From Amoebidium appalachense (Eukaryota; Protista; Ichthyosporea), in the NCBI GenBank assembly GCA_963693365.1, contig CAVNZM010000009.1:2420231-2484230 (forward strand): a stretch of DNA of 64,000 bases, given 5' to 3'. The translations under genes and the position numbers were made by a program. The notes beneath the pieces were generated by a model. It was not told the DNA's origin. It worked only from the letters and a program-made list of their open reading frames with translations, and searched no databases. This document shows, in pieces, positions 13,521 to 51,167 of the stretch (its first letter is position 1; the number at the start of each line of letters is the position of its first letter).

Positions 13521-14853
13521 TTGGTGGAGGGGGTTAACTTATGATGTCTCAGGGCTTTGATTGGTTAAAGGGGGTAACTGTGGTGCCACATTGGTTTAGT
13601 TTAAACCTTTTTTGTGAATGGGTGAAGGAATAAAAGTGGTGCTTGATTGGTTGAAGATTACACACTAGACGTGAAAGGTGAAGGAACCGGAAGGAGTTGG
13701 GGGGGTTGGGGGGAGGGGGGGGAATGTGTTGTGTGTGTGTGGGTTTGGATCTCGAAAATTTCAGAACAAGATTAGGACTGGAACAGCGACATTGGCGATT
13801 TCAGCCGTGTTCTATTGTTTTTATCTAGACGGTTTCATTGGTGGATTAAGTGGAGGATTAAGTAGATTATTATTAATGAAAACAGTATTCCATCAGATGG
13901 GTGGATGGATGAAGGAGGAGGGGGGAGGGGGGTTTTTTTTTGTTGGATTTTTCGATATATGCTGTGCAGTGTGGTCGTATAAAGAGTAGTTTTAGCAGCA
14001 CAGCATACCCTTGGCTACTGTAGGGATTTTTGCCTTTGCAAAAAATGTGCTTCATGGGCAACAATATGAAGCTCCTGTGGAAAACCCCGAGGCCCAAGGG
14101 CTCAAGTTTGATACCATGATATCTTTTCGGCGAATTTTCAATACAAAAATTACGACTGTCTTGCATGTCTGCTTCAAATGTAAAACCCCCAGTGTTTGGT
14201 CGGCCCACTGGTGCCATACATCGATATTGCTCCGCGTTGAGGACCAGGCCTCCCTGTACATAGGGCCCTGCAACGCAGAATATGAATTCGAAAGGAAAAT
14301 AGTTAGTCCCTATTCATGTTTCTTCAACTTACACATTCAAAATGCATGACGCTCGTGTACATATACCTATAGTTGCAAAGAAATGGGAGCTAAGTTGCAT
14401 ACATATTACATATATATTATAATAATATTTTTGTGGAATCCAATGTACACTACATGTGTGTGTGCACGGTTCCGTGCCTTTTCGAGGTATGTGTGTCATG
14501 TGCACGGTCCTATATAGTCTAAGATGAACGTGCCCCGGAGCTGACCTGTCTTTGTACATGCAATTTCATGATATCGATGGATAAACTTATACATATGTAT
14601 TATATGTGGGTGTCACTGACGCGTGCAGCTTCAAAACCTATTTATGGCAGGGTCTTGGTTATTACAGTACCTATCAGTGTCGTTTTTCTTTTTTCATGGA
14701 TGTATTTTTCTTTTTCTAGCTTTTTTTCGATGCGAGTGCGTGTGTGGTCTCTCTTTCTCCCTCTCTCTCCCTCTCCCTCTCTCTCTCTCAGCTCTCTCTC
14801 TCTCTCCCCCCCCCCCCCCCCCCCCCAAACTCTCTTGCTCTCTCTTTCTCCCC

Positions 14854-14914
<61 letters not shown>

Positions 14915-14989
14915 CGCGCGTGTGTGCATGCGTGTGCACGTGTATTTTTTCGTTTTTTTCTTCATTCCTCTTCCTCTTCTTCTTCTTCT

Positions 14990-15024
<35 letters not shown>

Positions 15025-15713
15025 TGGGGGGTAAGGGGGGGGGGGAGGGGGGGGGGGGAGAGGGGTAAGCATTTTCTCAAGGATAAAAGGTCCATTTCCT
15101 CAAACACAAATCAAAGCGGAATAATTTAGACAGCATAAAAGTTTATTTTGTTCAGTTTTTAATGTGCTCCACGCGAGATTTTGGTTCAAGTAAACGTATA
15201 ACCACGTCTAACATAGTACAAATTAATCTTTTTCGGTGCATTCGTGCATGATCCCCCCCCCCCCCCCCCCCCCCCCCCCAAGAAAAAAAAAAGAAAAAAG
15301 AAAGAACACCACACACACCACAACCACCATCACACGACTTCTCCGTATCCGAACATAGCCAAAACCACTACCATGAAATGATATCTCCGACAAGTATGTA
15401 GATATCAAAACCGTCCCAACTTGGGAGGGAAGATGTAATGACCCTTATGCGAGTGCTGATCATCATAAAAAGAAGTGTTGATATTACAGTAAGAATAAAG
15501 CGGACGTGTTTTCATCATGAGAACACATGCAGTAACGTTAGCATATATTTCGAGGAAATATATTTAAAAATTTAGGCATTAGGCTAGAATAAAATCAACG
15601 ACACGCACCGTCCTGGATTAACCTATCATATCAATATCGTATCACGTGCGACCACAACAAAAAGAAATTAGCCTCCCATGCACGATACATCTCCATAACT
15701 ATCTGTATGCCCC

Positions 15714-15760
<47 letters not shown>

Positions 15761-15980
15761 ACACACACACACCACCACCACCACCACCACCACCACCACC
15801 ACCACACACACACACAAAAAAAACAATAAAAAAGAAAGAAAAGAAGAAAAAAAACTCACAAAACACTCATCTCCTCTTCTTTCCGTCCATACATCCATTC
15901 TACCCAAACCACACTTGCTACTCATTCTGTACCTTCCCAGCAGTTCGCAATGTGATTGGTGGGCCTGAGCCAATCAGCAA

Positions 15981-34954
<18,974 letters not shown>

Positions 34955-35479
34955 GTTGTTGTTAGAGAGGCCCCAGGCCAGACAATGGACTGAGTTTCGT
35001 CTGCAACCAGCGGTTAAACAGTTGATTGACGTGACTGTCGATTATGCCAACAGCACACTCAAGCCTAATTTGTTTCGCAGAAACAATCTGAAAAATAACA
35101 AGATTACAGGTGCTGATACTGCATATGCATGTGTAGTTAGGTATAGTAATGCTCCTTGTCGTATGCCTGAGACTCACAGCATGGTCTACTATCCTCTATA
35201 AGCATTTACGGGCTGGGCATATATACTGACGCCCCCACCTAATACTAGGCCTTCGTGTGAACAGGGGGTGCACAGGGTGTGATGTGTGAAGGTGTAAGTT
35301 TCAGTGTTTGTTCCTATGCTCTTTGCTCCGGCCTTTTTTTCCCTCTGAGATCGATTGGCCAACTCTGATCTCAGTGTTTGCGCAAACCCTGGATTGGAAT
35401 GCGGCGTAAAAACTGCTTCGTGATTTGCGACGAATCCGGAGTCACCCTCGCCCCCCGGCGGCCCGGCCCCCCCTGGAAT

Positions 35480-35516
<37 letters not shown>

Positions 35517-36402
35517 TTCCCCCCCGATTTTTTTCCAGCCCTTCGAACCCCCTCCCCCCCCCTCTCCCCTCATGGCGGCCCCCCCCTCTCCCCTCCCCTC
35601 CTCGCCCACCACCACCACCACCACCGCCGCCCTTTTCCGCCCCTTCCTCCCCCCAGCTCTCCTACACTAGTCGCTGTGTCATATGTTTCTCTCCCTTGAG
35701 GTCCTCACTCCCCTTTTCAAACACCACCCCTCCCCCTCCCCCTCCCCCCACACCTGGCCACTCCCACTGTATTCTACACTTTCTTACCTATTCTCCACCC
35801 CCACAATCCCCCTCCCCCCCCTCCCCCCTCCCCTTCTCTACCCCCTCCCTTCCCCAGGCCCTCCCTTAGGATCCCTCCTTGCAAGCTTCGAAAACCAAGG
35901 ATAGATCTGCTATTGTCTCAGTGCAGGGTCACTCACAGTGTTGCTCAGCAAGCAGGGTTTTATGAGGTAGAAGGAGCCTAACAGGGCCCAGTAGAGTCTG
36001 ATGAAACCTATGTACTGCTTAAAGGACCTGGCAGGGCCGCACGAGATTGTGAGTTGCCCCTCTGGTTTGAGGCCGTAATCAATAGCACTGTTTCCACTCC
36101 TTAAGCTTTACCATACTCCGGTTTGAACCTACTCCCCCTTCCCCCCTCCCCACCTCCCCAGACCACGTCAGTCAGAGAAGGGGGGAGGGGGGGGGAGGGG
36201 GGAGGGGGGGGGGGGGGGGGAGGAGGGGGGAGGAAGAGGAACCAGAAATAACGATGTCATCCACAACTATTTTCGGAAAAAGCTGGGAATTTCAAGAGGG
36301 ATGTTTCAGGGGAACACAAGCCCAATTGGACAACGAACTTGCATAGTTGGTGCAATCACCGCTTTTATATCAATTCAGCACAATTTGGAAGTAAAAAACT
36401 CG

Positions 36403-37200
36403 CTACTGCCTATCAAACAACCCTAGCGACCTCCCTGCACTATGAATGTTCATGTGGTAAGCGTAGTCATCTGATGATTCAAACTCTGCCCCGCAACCTT
36501 CAAACGTGCATCGATAGAACCTCTCTTTTTCTGCAGGCTCGTTGTCATGAAAAAGGAGATGGTACTCATAATCTTCGCTGGAATCAAAGCTCGCACCACA
36601 TCCACCCCTACTACAACGAAAATTGATGAGCTCCTCGCCGTCTAGAAGGCCGTTATGCCTGCGCTCGTGAAACTCCAGGTCCTCAGTGGAGTCGAACGCT
36701 TCTGGGCAGCCCGGAAAAGAGCAGTGTAGGAACTCGAGGTCAGCAATGGTAGTGTTGTGGGTAGCTTGGTGAAAGGCGAAATCATCTGGTTGCCAGTAGA
36801 CAGCTCCACATCCCTCTACGTCACAAACAATTTTTTTGGCGTCCAGAAGTTGAGCTAACAGCTGGATTGATTCGCCCTCCTCGGCTTCGTCCGTGCGTAC
36901 ATTCTCATCGTTTTTCGCACGTTTGCTTGACGGACTCGTGCAGGGTTGAGTTTCAGACGGGCGTTTTTGCTGTATTTTAGAAGGCGTGAGGATGTGATTT
37001 GTGGTTCGAGAAGTAAAAATCGGTGCCTTTGCCTTCACGTTTGGTTGGGTGGTTTCTCTTTTCGTTGCTTGGTTTTCGCTCGATGGACGTTGCTGCGTGG
37101 GTTGCGTTTTGTGGCTACGGATGTGCTCTTTAACAGCACGGCTACCTCCTCCCTGGTCTATGGTGACACCACAACCTCTAAACGGGCACTTGAACGTCAT
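36403..37200 (-). CDS. Intronless C2H2 zinc-finger protein (5 CxxxxC...HxxxH fingers, 265 aa)
   Basis: ORF free of microsatellites. Fingers CPFRGC..HIRSH, CDVEGC..HQATH, CSFPGC..HERRH, CSRGGC..HLLFH and CTFEGC..HMNIH; basic NLS-like PSSKRAK. A further spliced 3' exon cannot be excluded. Confidence 0.88.
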   Translation of the reverse strand: MTFKCPFRGCGVTIDQGGGSRAVKEHIRSHKTQPTQQRPSSENQATKRETTQPNVKAKAPIFTSRTTNHILTPSKIQQKRPSETQPCTSPSSKRAKNDENVRTDEAEEGESIQLLAQLLDAKKIVCDVEGCGAVYWQPDDFAFHQATHNTTIADLEFLHCSFPGCPEAFDSTEDLEFHERRHNGLLDGEELINFRCSRGGCGASFDSSEDYEYHLLFHDNEPAEKERFYRCTFEGCGAEFESSDDYAYHMNIHSAGRSLGLFDRQ

Positions 37201-37742
37201 TTTCTACGACGACACTCTCCTAATTCTCTTTTTAAAATGTTTTCTTAACTTCGTAGAAACCACAACGTTGAATCCGTTGTTCTGTTTCTGTTGCTGACTG
37301 AGGTGTGTTCGTTCGGGATGTCCCAGTGGTCCCAGTGACGTTGGCCCCAATAGAAGTTGTTGGGCGCCAAAATCCGCATTCCTAAGTGTAAATGGTAAGA
37401 TATAAGCACTGGTGATTGGTCTAGACCCATAGTCTAACTTTGCTTCCGCACTGATGACGCATGTATGCCTTTGACAGACGTAGTCACTGAAGACTACTTG
37501 CAACTACTTAATATAGACTATCCGGCGGCTTATGGGGAACTTTGAAAAAAAAATCGGACAAAAGAAGGAAACCGGCGGCGACCGTCAGCTGACCGTTGAA
37601 CCTTTGGCACAGTTACATCAGTAATCAGTAATCAGATGCAGTATAGAGGCTAAGCCAAAAAAACCCTTTAAACTGAAGTGAATATTATTTTAGCATCCTT
37701 GTCTTTGTTGCTCCTCATTCAGGAAGAAAACATCAGAAAAAG
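37201..37742. promoter_or_regulatory. Probable bidirectional promoter between the zinc-finger gene and DCTN3
   Basis: The two ATGs are head-to-head ~540 bp apart and the interval lacks the microsatellites that fill the rest of the window. Positional inference only. Confidence 0.5.
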
Positions 37743-43179
<5,437 letters not shown>

Positions 43180-43531
43180 CATGTGTGATTTTATAAGCTA
43201 CTTAACTATAATAGAAAGCAATGGTTGGACGCCTAAACTATTTGATTGGTGTGGATTGTGCTTCGTGCTTTTTTTTTTTTTAGTGGCGAGATTTATAGTC
43301 AATCCGCCCATGGTGTATGGTTTTTCGTCTTGTAGACTACTCAGTTGGTGAAGCCATGTCACAGCTGATATGGTACTTTGGTGTGTTTTCTTTTGATGTT
43401 TTTTGCCATTGTGAAATGTGTAGCATGCAGTTTGTACGTACTTTATCTTACGGCCAGTTAAAGCGTGGTGCTTCTGATTAGCACTCTCTAAAAAAAGTTT
43501 GTTGGGTGGAGGCTTTTTTTTTTGTTGTTTT

Positions 43532-43578
<47 letters not shown>

Positions 43579-43695
43579 GGGATAATATGAGTTTTTGTTT
43601 TTATATTCTTTCTTCTCATTCTTTTTTTTTTTTGTTTATTTGTTTGTTTGTTTGTTTTTGTCTATTCGTTAGGGAGGACTTGGTTTGGGGTGTTT

Positions 43696-43735
<40 letters not shown>

Positions 43736-44178
43736 AATGATTGGAAACGGAGATATCGATGAGAGCTTTCTACCTTCCCATGCACGCGGGTATTTCTTGT
43801 TGGATAGCAGTCATATGGGAAACAGCTCTTCTGGAATGAATGACAAGGTATACAGGCCGCAATACAGTTCTGTGGTACATGATCTGTTTTTTTCTTATTT
43901 ATTTAAGCATCCTACGGAACCAGTCTTCCAAAACAAAGCGTTTTTTCTTTCCCCCCCCCCCCCCAAACACCACCACCACCACCACCACACACACACACAC
44001 ACACGCACACTCACATACACACACACACACAAAAAAAAAAAAAAACAGATGGTGAATGTGGTGGTGGTGATGGTGGTGGGGAGGGGGAGGAAAAGGGGAG
44101 GGGGCGGCGGGGGGAGGGGCGCGGGGGGGGGGGGGGGGACCCAAGGTTTTTTTTTTTTTTTTCTTTCTTTTTTTTTTT

Positions 44179-44209
<31 letters not shown>

Positions 44210-45391
44210 GGGGGGAGGGGGGGGGGGGGGTTTGTAGCAAGCATGTGCACGTGTGAGCCTTGCTTCGGCCAATCTGCAGCAGTTCATGTCTGACCCAGTT
44301 TCGTGTCGCAGTGTGCACGCCCACATGCTACTACACCGGTAGCCGTATACACATTGCATTGTGAATCAGCCCCCCCCCCCCCCCCCCCCCCCCCCTCCCA
44401 CCCTCCCTCCGAAATAGGTCTAAACGCCGGAAACCTCTAGGTATAGGGAGATCGACCCATAACCGGCTAAAAAATACAATATCTGATAATAATCTACCAA
44501 AATAAAAATATAAACCCAATAACAATAACCTTATGTGTGTCTGGGCCCTAAAACCCCCCGCTAGAGGGACCTGACAACCCCTCTATGTCGCTTGGGGATT
44601 GAATCGTTCTCCCCTGATTTTACGTCATTGGATCGTGCTTTGTCCAATCAGACGCGAGGGGACTTCCGGCGTATGGACTAATGTGGAGCCTCCCTCCCTC
44701 CTCCCCTCCGCCGCCGCCCAAGCCCGGCGATCATGAAGCTAATCAATAGATTAGCGCGTAGGTGTGGGTGTGGGTGTATGTGTACATATGGTGGCGCTAC
44801 TAATATGCTATGCTTATTAGTGTGTGATTATCATGGGCATGAATTGATGTTAAGTCATTCGGGTATACCCGTGTGCATGTGTCTCTGTCTGGGCATGCGC
44901 GCGGGCGCGCGCGGGCGTGTGTGTGTGTGTGTGTGTGCCCCACGATGTGTGCGAGCGCGTGAGCATCTGTTTCTGTTTTGTGTGGTGCGTGTGTCTGTTA
45001 GTGTCTGCCTCTACAAGTGGCACGCACCTGCACACAAGTGACACTGTGTGTGTCTCGTATGCATGCGTAACATGTGTTTGCATGTTTACACACGTACGTG
45101 TACATGTGTATTTGACATGTCTGACGTAGGCACGCGTTGTTACACGTGTAGGCTGCCCAGAGCAGATCAAAGAGAGAGATGAGAGGGAGCCTCGGAGGAA
45201 GGAAGGTGGACCCCGGGGGAGGATCGATAATGACGGACAAATTTGCAAAAAGCACGGGGAGACCCCTATTTCCTACTTGTTTGAATTGTGTAATTAGTTT
45301 TTTTTTTGTTTTTTTTTTGCGCGCACGCCAAAACTTCCCGCCCGAAATTCTATATTTGGCTAATCGGTGCGATCGCGCGCGAATTGTTGGT

Positions 45392-45445
<54 letters not shown>

Positions 45446-45731
45446 TATTGAGATTGTGATGTTCCGAACGTGACTTTTTTTTTTGTTTCCAAGAATATCT
45501 ATGACTGTAATCCAGAGACATTTTGAAAGACCTAGCGTGTACATACGACGGGCACTATTATGATCATGATGTGTGCTTTAGTGATTGCTTTCTGTGCGCT
45601 TGAGTGTGCATGTGTTTGAGTGCATGGTGCTTGACTGCGTGCACGCAAGATATGTGTGACTGCGCGTGGTGTGGCCTTTTTTTTTAAAAAAAAGAAAAAG
45701 AAAACTGAAAATAAATACTATGATACACACA

Positions 45732-45826
<95 letters not shown>

Positions 45827-46114
45827 ACACACACACAGGTGCACTGCTACGTGTCGTCCACGCGGCAGCATCCCATAACCTCAACGGCACAGCACAAGCA
45901 CATGCACGGCATGCCACGATGGTGGCCAAATTTGGACTTCTAAATGGATAGGAGGGAAAAACGACAAATCGGAATCCAAAGTCACTAACTAGTCGGTGGG
46001 ACGAGGTTCAAGTTGCCCATGGGATCGATGAGCAGGATGCTGGCAGCCACCGGCACCCCCTAACAACCGGCCACATGTACATCAGCAGAGTCATATGCAT
46101 GCTCGCTGCGAGCT

Positions 46115-46545
46115 AAGTTATTCTGGAAAAACCCGAATCGTTCTGCAAAACGCAGTGTTATTTGGCAGAAGGAGAATTATTCTGCAAAAAACCCCTAAAA
46201 GAAGAATTCCTTAAAGGCAGAAATTCTGCAAAAAGAAGAATTAATCTGCATAAAACGTTAAAAGAAGAACTCGCTTAACTGCAGCATGCGCAGAAATATT
46301 AATTATTCTGCATAAAACGTTAAAAGAAGAACTTGCTTAACTGCAGCATGCGCAGAAATATTAATTCTTCAAAAAGCAGACTTATTCGGCAAAAAAGGAA
46401 GTCTTTTTTGCTGCCACAAGCACAAGAATAATTCCATTTCAGCAGAATAATTCTGTGAAGAACAGAATCATGCTGCCAAAAGCAGAATATTTCGGATTTA
46501 CTTTTGTACGATAATTCTGCAGTGCAGAATTCTTGCAAAAATTGT
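46115..46545. repeat. AT-rich array of AATTATTCTGC/GCAGAATAATT motifs with an internal ~61-bp tandem duplication (possible non-autonomous DNA transposon relic)
   Basis: The motif recurs in both orientations; tctgcataaaacgttaaaagaagaact(c/t)gcttaactgcagcatgcgcagaaatattaatt is duplicated at ~46246 and ~46307. Confidence 0.65.
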
Positions 46546-47147
46546 ACTGCTCTGGCAGGAAACTTCCACTCCAAGCAAGTTGATTCTGCTGTTGTGCACG
46601 TGGTTGGGCCCTGCACTATACCCCAAACCACAACCCATTTCCACCATAAGCACCACAACAAATCTGGCATGCAGTTTTGCCACAGTACCACACTGCAAAT
46701 TTTGTCGCATTGTAGCCGGACCAAATGAGAGCCCGTGTTTGAAATTTATGATCACAATAGGATTATTCGAGTGCAGGGAAGGCCTAGCCATGGACATTAG
46801 ATTTAGTGCGTGTGTATGTACAATATGATGCATGTGTGTGTGTGTGTGCAAGTGCATGTGACTGTGTGTGTGTCTATTGTCCGTGTCGCCGGTGTGTGTC
46901 TGTGTGGGGGGGGGGTTCATGTGTGTGTTATAGTGTCTGTGCGTCACGTGTGTGTGTGTGTGTGTGTGTGCACACGTGTGTGTGTGTGTGTGTCACCCCC
47001 GGGGGATGGGTGGGTCCCCCTCCCCAAGGTAGCCGCAGGGGTGGGCGGGTCTTCCCCCCCCCCCCCCCCCACCCCCGGCCCCCCCATCGGGGGTGGGGGG
47101 GCCGAGGGACCCGACTGGCCGAGAGGGGTAGTGGAATCCCCCCTTCC

Positions 47148-47183
<36 letters not shown>

Positions 47184-47501
47184 CACATGCACGTGATCAT
47201 GGTTATAAAGTGTCTCTTTTCCACCCACCAAAGGTTGTATTCGTTACTTTTTTTTTCTTTTAGAGCAATTGCCTCCGTTTTGGCCACTGAGTCATTAATA
47301 TCGTCATCCCCCCCCCCCCCCCCCCCCCTCTCCCCTCTCCCCCCTCCCCCCCCGCCAACCCACACACGCACACACACACTGTGACACACTCACACTCACA
47401 GACGCACGCGCCACACACGCACACACACACGCGCACACACACACACACACACAGACAGACACACACACACGTGCGCGCACATGCACATGCACACGCGCGC
47501 G

Positions 47502-47568
<67 letters not shown>

Positions 47569-48055
47569 ACCACCCGTTCGTGCCCGGGGGAGGGGGGGGG
47601 GGGAGGGGGGAGCCTCAGGGGGGAGAGGGGGGAATGGAGCTCTGTGACCGTACGGCATAGCCTGAGTTTCAGGTGATCAATTAGTATTAGTTAGCCTCAA
47701 TGTTTACGTTTTGGCAATGTATGTAAACGGTTACCACTGCTGATTATATTGTACTATTATGTGATCGATCAGGCTATCCGATACAAATAGTAGTCACATG
47801 ATGGCAGCCTATGGGGGGGGGGGGGGGGGGGGGGGGGGGGAGGGGGGGGGGGGGGGCCAACCCTACTACTCAGGTGGGTGGTGGGTCCTCCCCCCCCCCC
47901 CCCCCCCCCACCCTCTCTCTCCTCCTCCTGCTAGTCGGAGGGTGGGTGGGTCCCGCCTCCCCTCCTCCTCCCCCCCCCCCCCCCCCCCCCCCCCAAAGTT
48001 ACCACTACTCCCTCCCCGGTTCAAAATCAAGAATGCCTTATTGCGCATGCATGTA

Positions 48056-48092
<37 letters not shown>

Positions 48093-48521
48093 CGTGTGTG
48101 TGTATGTACATGTGTGTGTGTGTCTATTGGTGTGCCCTGTAATAATAAAGGAATCCTATCTGAGCTGCGGGCTGCGACTGCGAGTCCGTGTGTGCACGTG
48201 ACATTGTGTGCATGTGTCATGATGCACTGTAGGAGTATGTACATGTGCGTGCGTGCGTGTGCGTGTGTGTGTGTGTGTGCGTGTCCGTGTGTGCGTGTGT
48301 GCGTGACACGCGTGTGCGTGCGTTTGCGTTTGCGTGCGTGTGTGCGTGCGTGTACGTGCTTGTGTGTGTGTGAGCGAGTGTTAGTGTGTGCGCGCGCGTG
48401 TGTGCGTGTGCTATGTGCGTGTGCGTGTGCGTGTGTGCGTGTGTGCGTCCATGCATGTGTGCGTGTGTGCGTGTGCGTGTGCGTGTGCGTGTGCGTGTGC
48501 GTGTGCGTGTGCGTGTGCGTG

Positions 48522-48553
<32 letters not shown>

Positions 48554-49231
48554 TGTGTGTGTGTGTGTGTGTGTGTTTGTGCGTGTCAGGGCTGCGTCAG
48601 TGCGCCAAGTGCTGGACTGCCACAGTGTACGGTCACCGGGTCGGACCTACTCTATTGTAAGTAACATGTACATGCAACATGTCCGTCTGACAGGACTGAC
48701 AGTGTGCGCCGGATTCGGAATTTGATCTGTGTATTAGTGATGGCGGGAAGGCATTTTATTGGCCACAGACCGTAGCCAATGCCCACATATACGCGGCTCA
48801 TTTTGAAGCAGATCATCATTGATATATATCATTAATGATTCACGCATTGCCGAGCATATAAGGAAGGAGAAGTGATCGTATCTCTTCTATATTGCTGCTT
48901 ATAGCATGGTTCTTCATGTTTGATTCAAAAGAAGAAACTTTCTCTATACGTAATAGTCCTTTTTCGTACCTGATGTGTCGCAGACTCGGCCCCGGGGGGC
49001 ATTGAATAAAAAGTGGGCCAAAACGGCGCATGGCATCTCGGCACTGATTGGTTGATCCAAAATGCTTAAACCGATCCATGACTTCGCCCTGCCAGTGATG
49101 GCAATACCAACCGTGAAAAAAGGGGAAAATGTTTTGGCCTATACTTTTTTTTACTTAATTTTTAATAATTAGACGGCTAACAGTTAACATGATCCTCAGT
49201 TGAGTTGTGGTACACTGGAACAAACATAACC

Positions 49232-49287
49232 CCCCCCCATACCTGAGACTGGTTTCTCTTTGCCTCGAGTAAACAGCGTAAACCCCA
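49232..49287 (+). repeat. Left copy of a perfect 56-bp inverted repeat
   Basis: cccccccatacctgagactggtttctctttgcctcgagtaaacagcgtaaacccca is the exact reverse complement of 60645-60700. Confidence 0.95.
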
Positions 49288-49765
49288 AACATATGTCATG
49301 CCATACGGCGGCTAAACTGCCACCATGCTGGTGCATTTTAATTGGTTTAAGATCATGTATTGCTCATAGATATAGTTTATTGACGAATACAACGCCGCCC
49401 AGCTTCGTTGTTCTTGATTGGCTCACGCAAAAGCCTTATGAGTGGCTAATGCTATGACGTTATAGAAGCATCCACACGTGTCGACCGTGTCACTCAGCAC
49501 TACTGTCACTTATGCGTAGCAATAGGGTTGCACAGTAGGTTGATAGGTTCACATGTGTCAGGGCCAGATTAGGGCCTGTCTTGACACCTTCGAGTGTAGA
49601 GTAGTGGCGCGCGTTAACATTTCCTTTTTTTAGGTTCTGTCTTGTTGGGGTGGCACGCACTTCAATGCCTTCCTATGTTGTCCGCGTATGTCGACATGCA
49701 CAGGCTCATTAAATTACACGATCACAACAAATCTTATAGATATTGTTTTCAAAGCAGCATTGAAA

Positions 49766-51167
49766 ATGGAAACAGTGGGTTCTGAGGGAAGCCTCAGCCT
49801 TCTTGTAGAAAGCCAATACGCGCCTCTGTCAACGAATCCATCTAAAAGCACCAAATCTTACGGTTCCCTCAAAGAACACGTTGATGTTTTTGATGCACAT
49901 CCGGGACATGGCCGCAGCAGCACCCTTGGGGCAAGTATGAACCTTACCAAGGCAATGGTAGGCGCGGGAATGCTCGCACTACCGCACGCAAACGCACAAG
50001 TTGGATGGGTGATGGGGATTTTCACCCCTTCTTTTTGGGGCCGTGGCTACATACGTCGGATATGTGCTGCTTGCACGTTGCGCACAGTGGATGGACTCTA
50101 GTCCGACATCCTACGGCCGACTTTGTCGCTTGACATATCCGTCTTTCGCGTGGCTGGTTGACTTGTGCATTTTGGTGTCATGCTACTCGGGAGCCCTATC
50201 ATACCTCATCATCGTAGGGGATCTACTTCCAAGTGTGACGATGTCTTTTGGTGTGCCCGAAGATTCACTGTACGCCGGGCGAACTTTCTGGATAACTACC
50301 GTCTTCCTTGTCCTTGAAGTCCCGCTTACATGCCTTCGTCGGGTCGACAAACTGAGCTACACGTCGGCGCTGGGAGTCATGGGCCTATGCTATGTTGTTA
50401 TCCTGTCATTTCTTCTTCTACTTGCACCATCGCGAGAGCTTGATCCTTGCTTTCATACGGGTGCGGAGGAGGTTTGCCGTGGGCAAATTGAAACCTTCAC
50501 TTCTCTAGTTAGTTTTCTTCGTGCGCTTCCCACTTACCTCTTTGCCTTCGGTGGCCATTTTATTATTTTTGACCTATACGATACGCTACGGAACGTCACT
50601 GTCCAGAGGCTCGAAAATCAAGTATTTCTCCCTTCCATGTCGCTGACCACTGCCATATATGCCATGTTTGGTCTGTTCGGATATTTTACGTTTGGAAGTA
50701 CCGTGAAATCGAACATTCTAGTCAACTATCCGGATACCGCACCCGTTACCGCAGCACGTCTGCTCATGAGTGTCGCTGTAGCAGTATCGTATCCGTTGGT
50801 GATGCATGCCACACGGTCCTCATTTATGGCAATACTCACAGTCGCACTGACAAAGTTGAATTGTGTGGGGGAGAAGGCCTGTACTCCGCGTGCGCAGGAG
50901 CTGTTGCACTGGGCAAGCACGGTGTTACTTTTGGGTTCGTCGTACGTGGTTGTGTTCTTTGTGCATGACTTGGGCGTAGTTGTAAGCTTAGCGGGAATTC
51001 TCTGTGGTGTGCCCATCTGTTTTATACTCCCTGGTACGTTCTATTGTAAAGCAATGAGTGGTGCAGTGGAGAACAAGACATGGAAGGGGAGAGCTCTGTA
51101 CGCATCAGCGATGTTTTTGGTAGTTTTTGGTGTTGTTTTTCTGCCGCTTGCTTTGTGGTTTATTTGA
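49766..51167 (+). CDS. Amino acid/auxin permease (AAAP, Aa_trans; SLC38/AVT-like) transporter, intronless, with one +1 frameshift (error or pseudogene)
   Basis: The N-terminal ORF gives SSTLGASMNLTKAMVGAGMLALPHANAQVGWVMGIFT (TM1 signature). The next frame continues LLFGAVATYVGYVLL...SYLIIVGDLLP...PLTCLRRVDKLSYTSALG...FAFGGH...GLFGYFTFGSTVKSNILVNYP...SYPL...ICFILPGTFY. Deleting one C from cccc at 50025-50028 restores a single ~466-aa reading frame. Confidence 0.9.

Noticed and set aside
48734-49103. hAT-like termini tagtgatggc / cagtgatggc
   Set aside because: The two motifs are in direct rather than inverted orientation, and there is no TSD.
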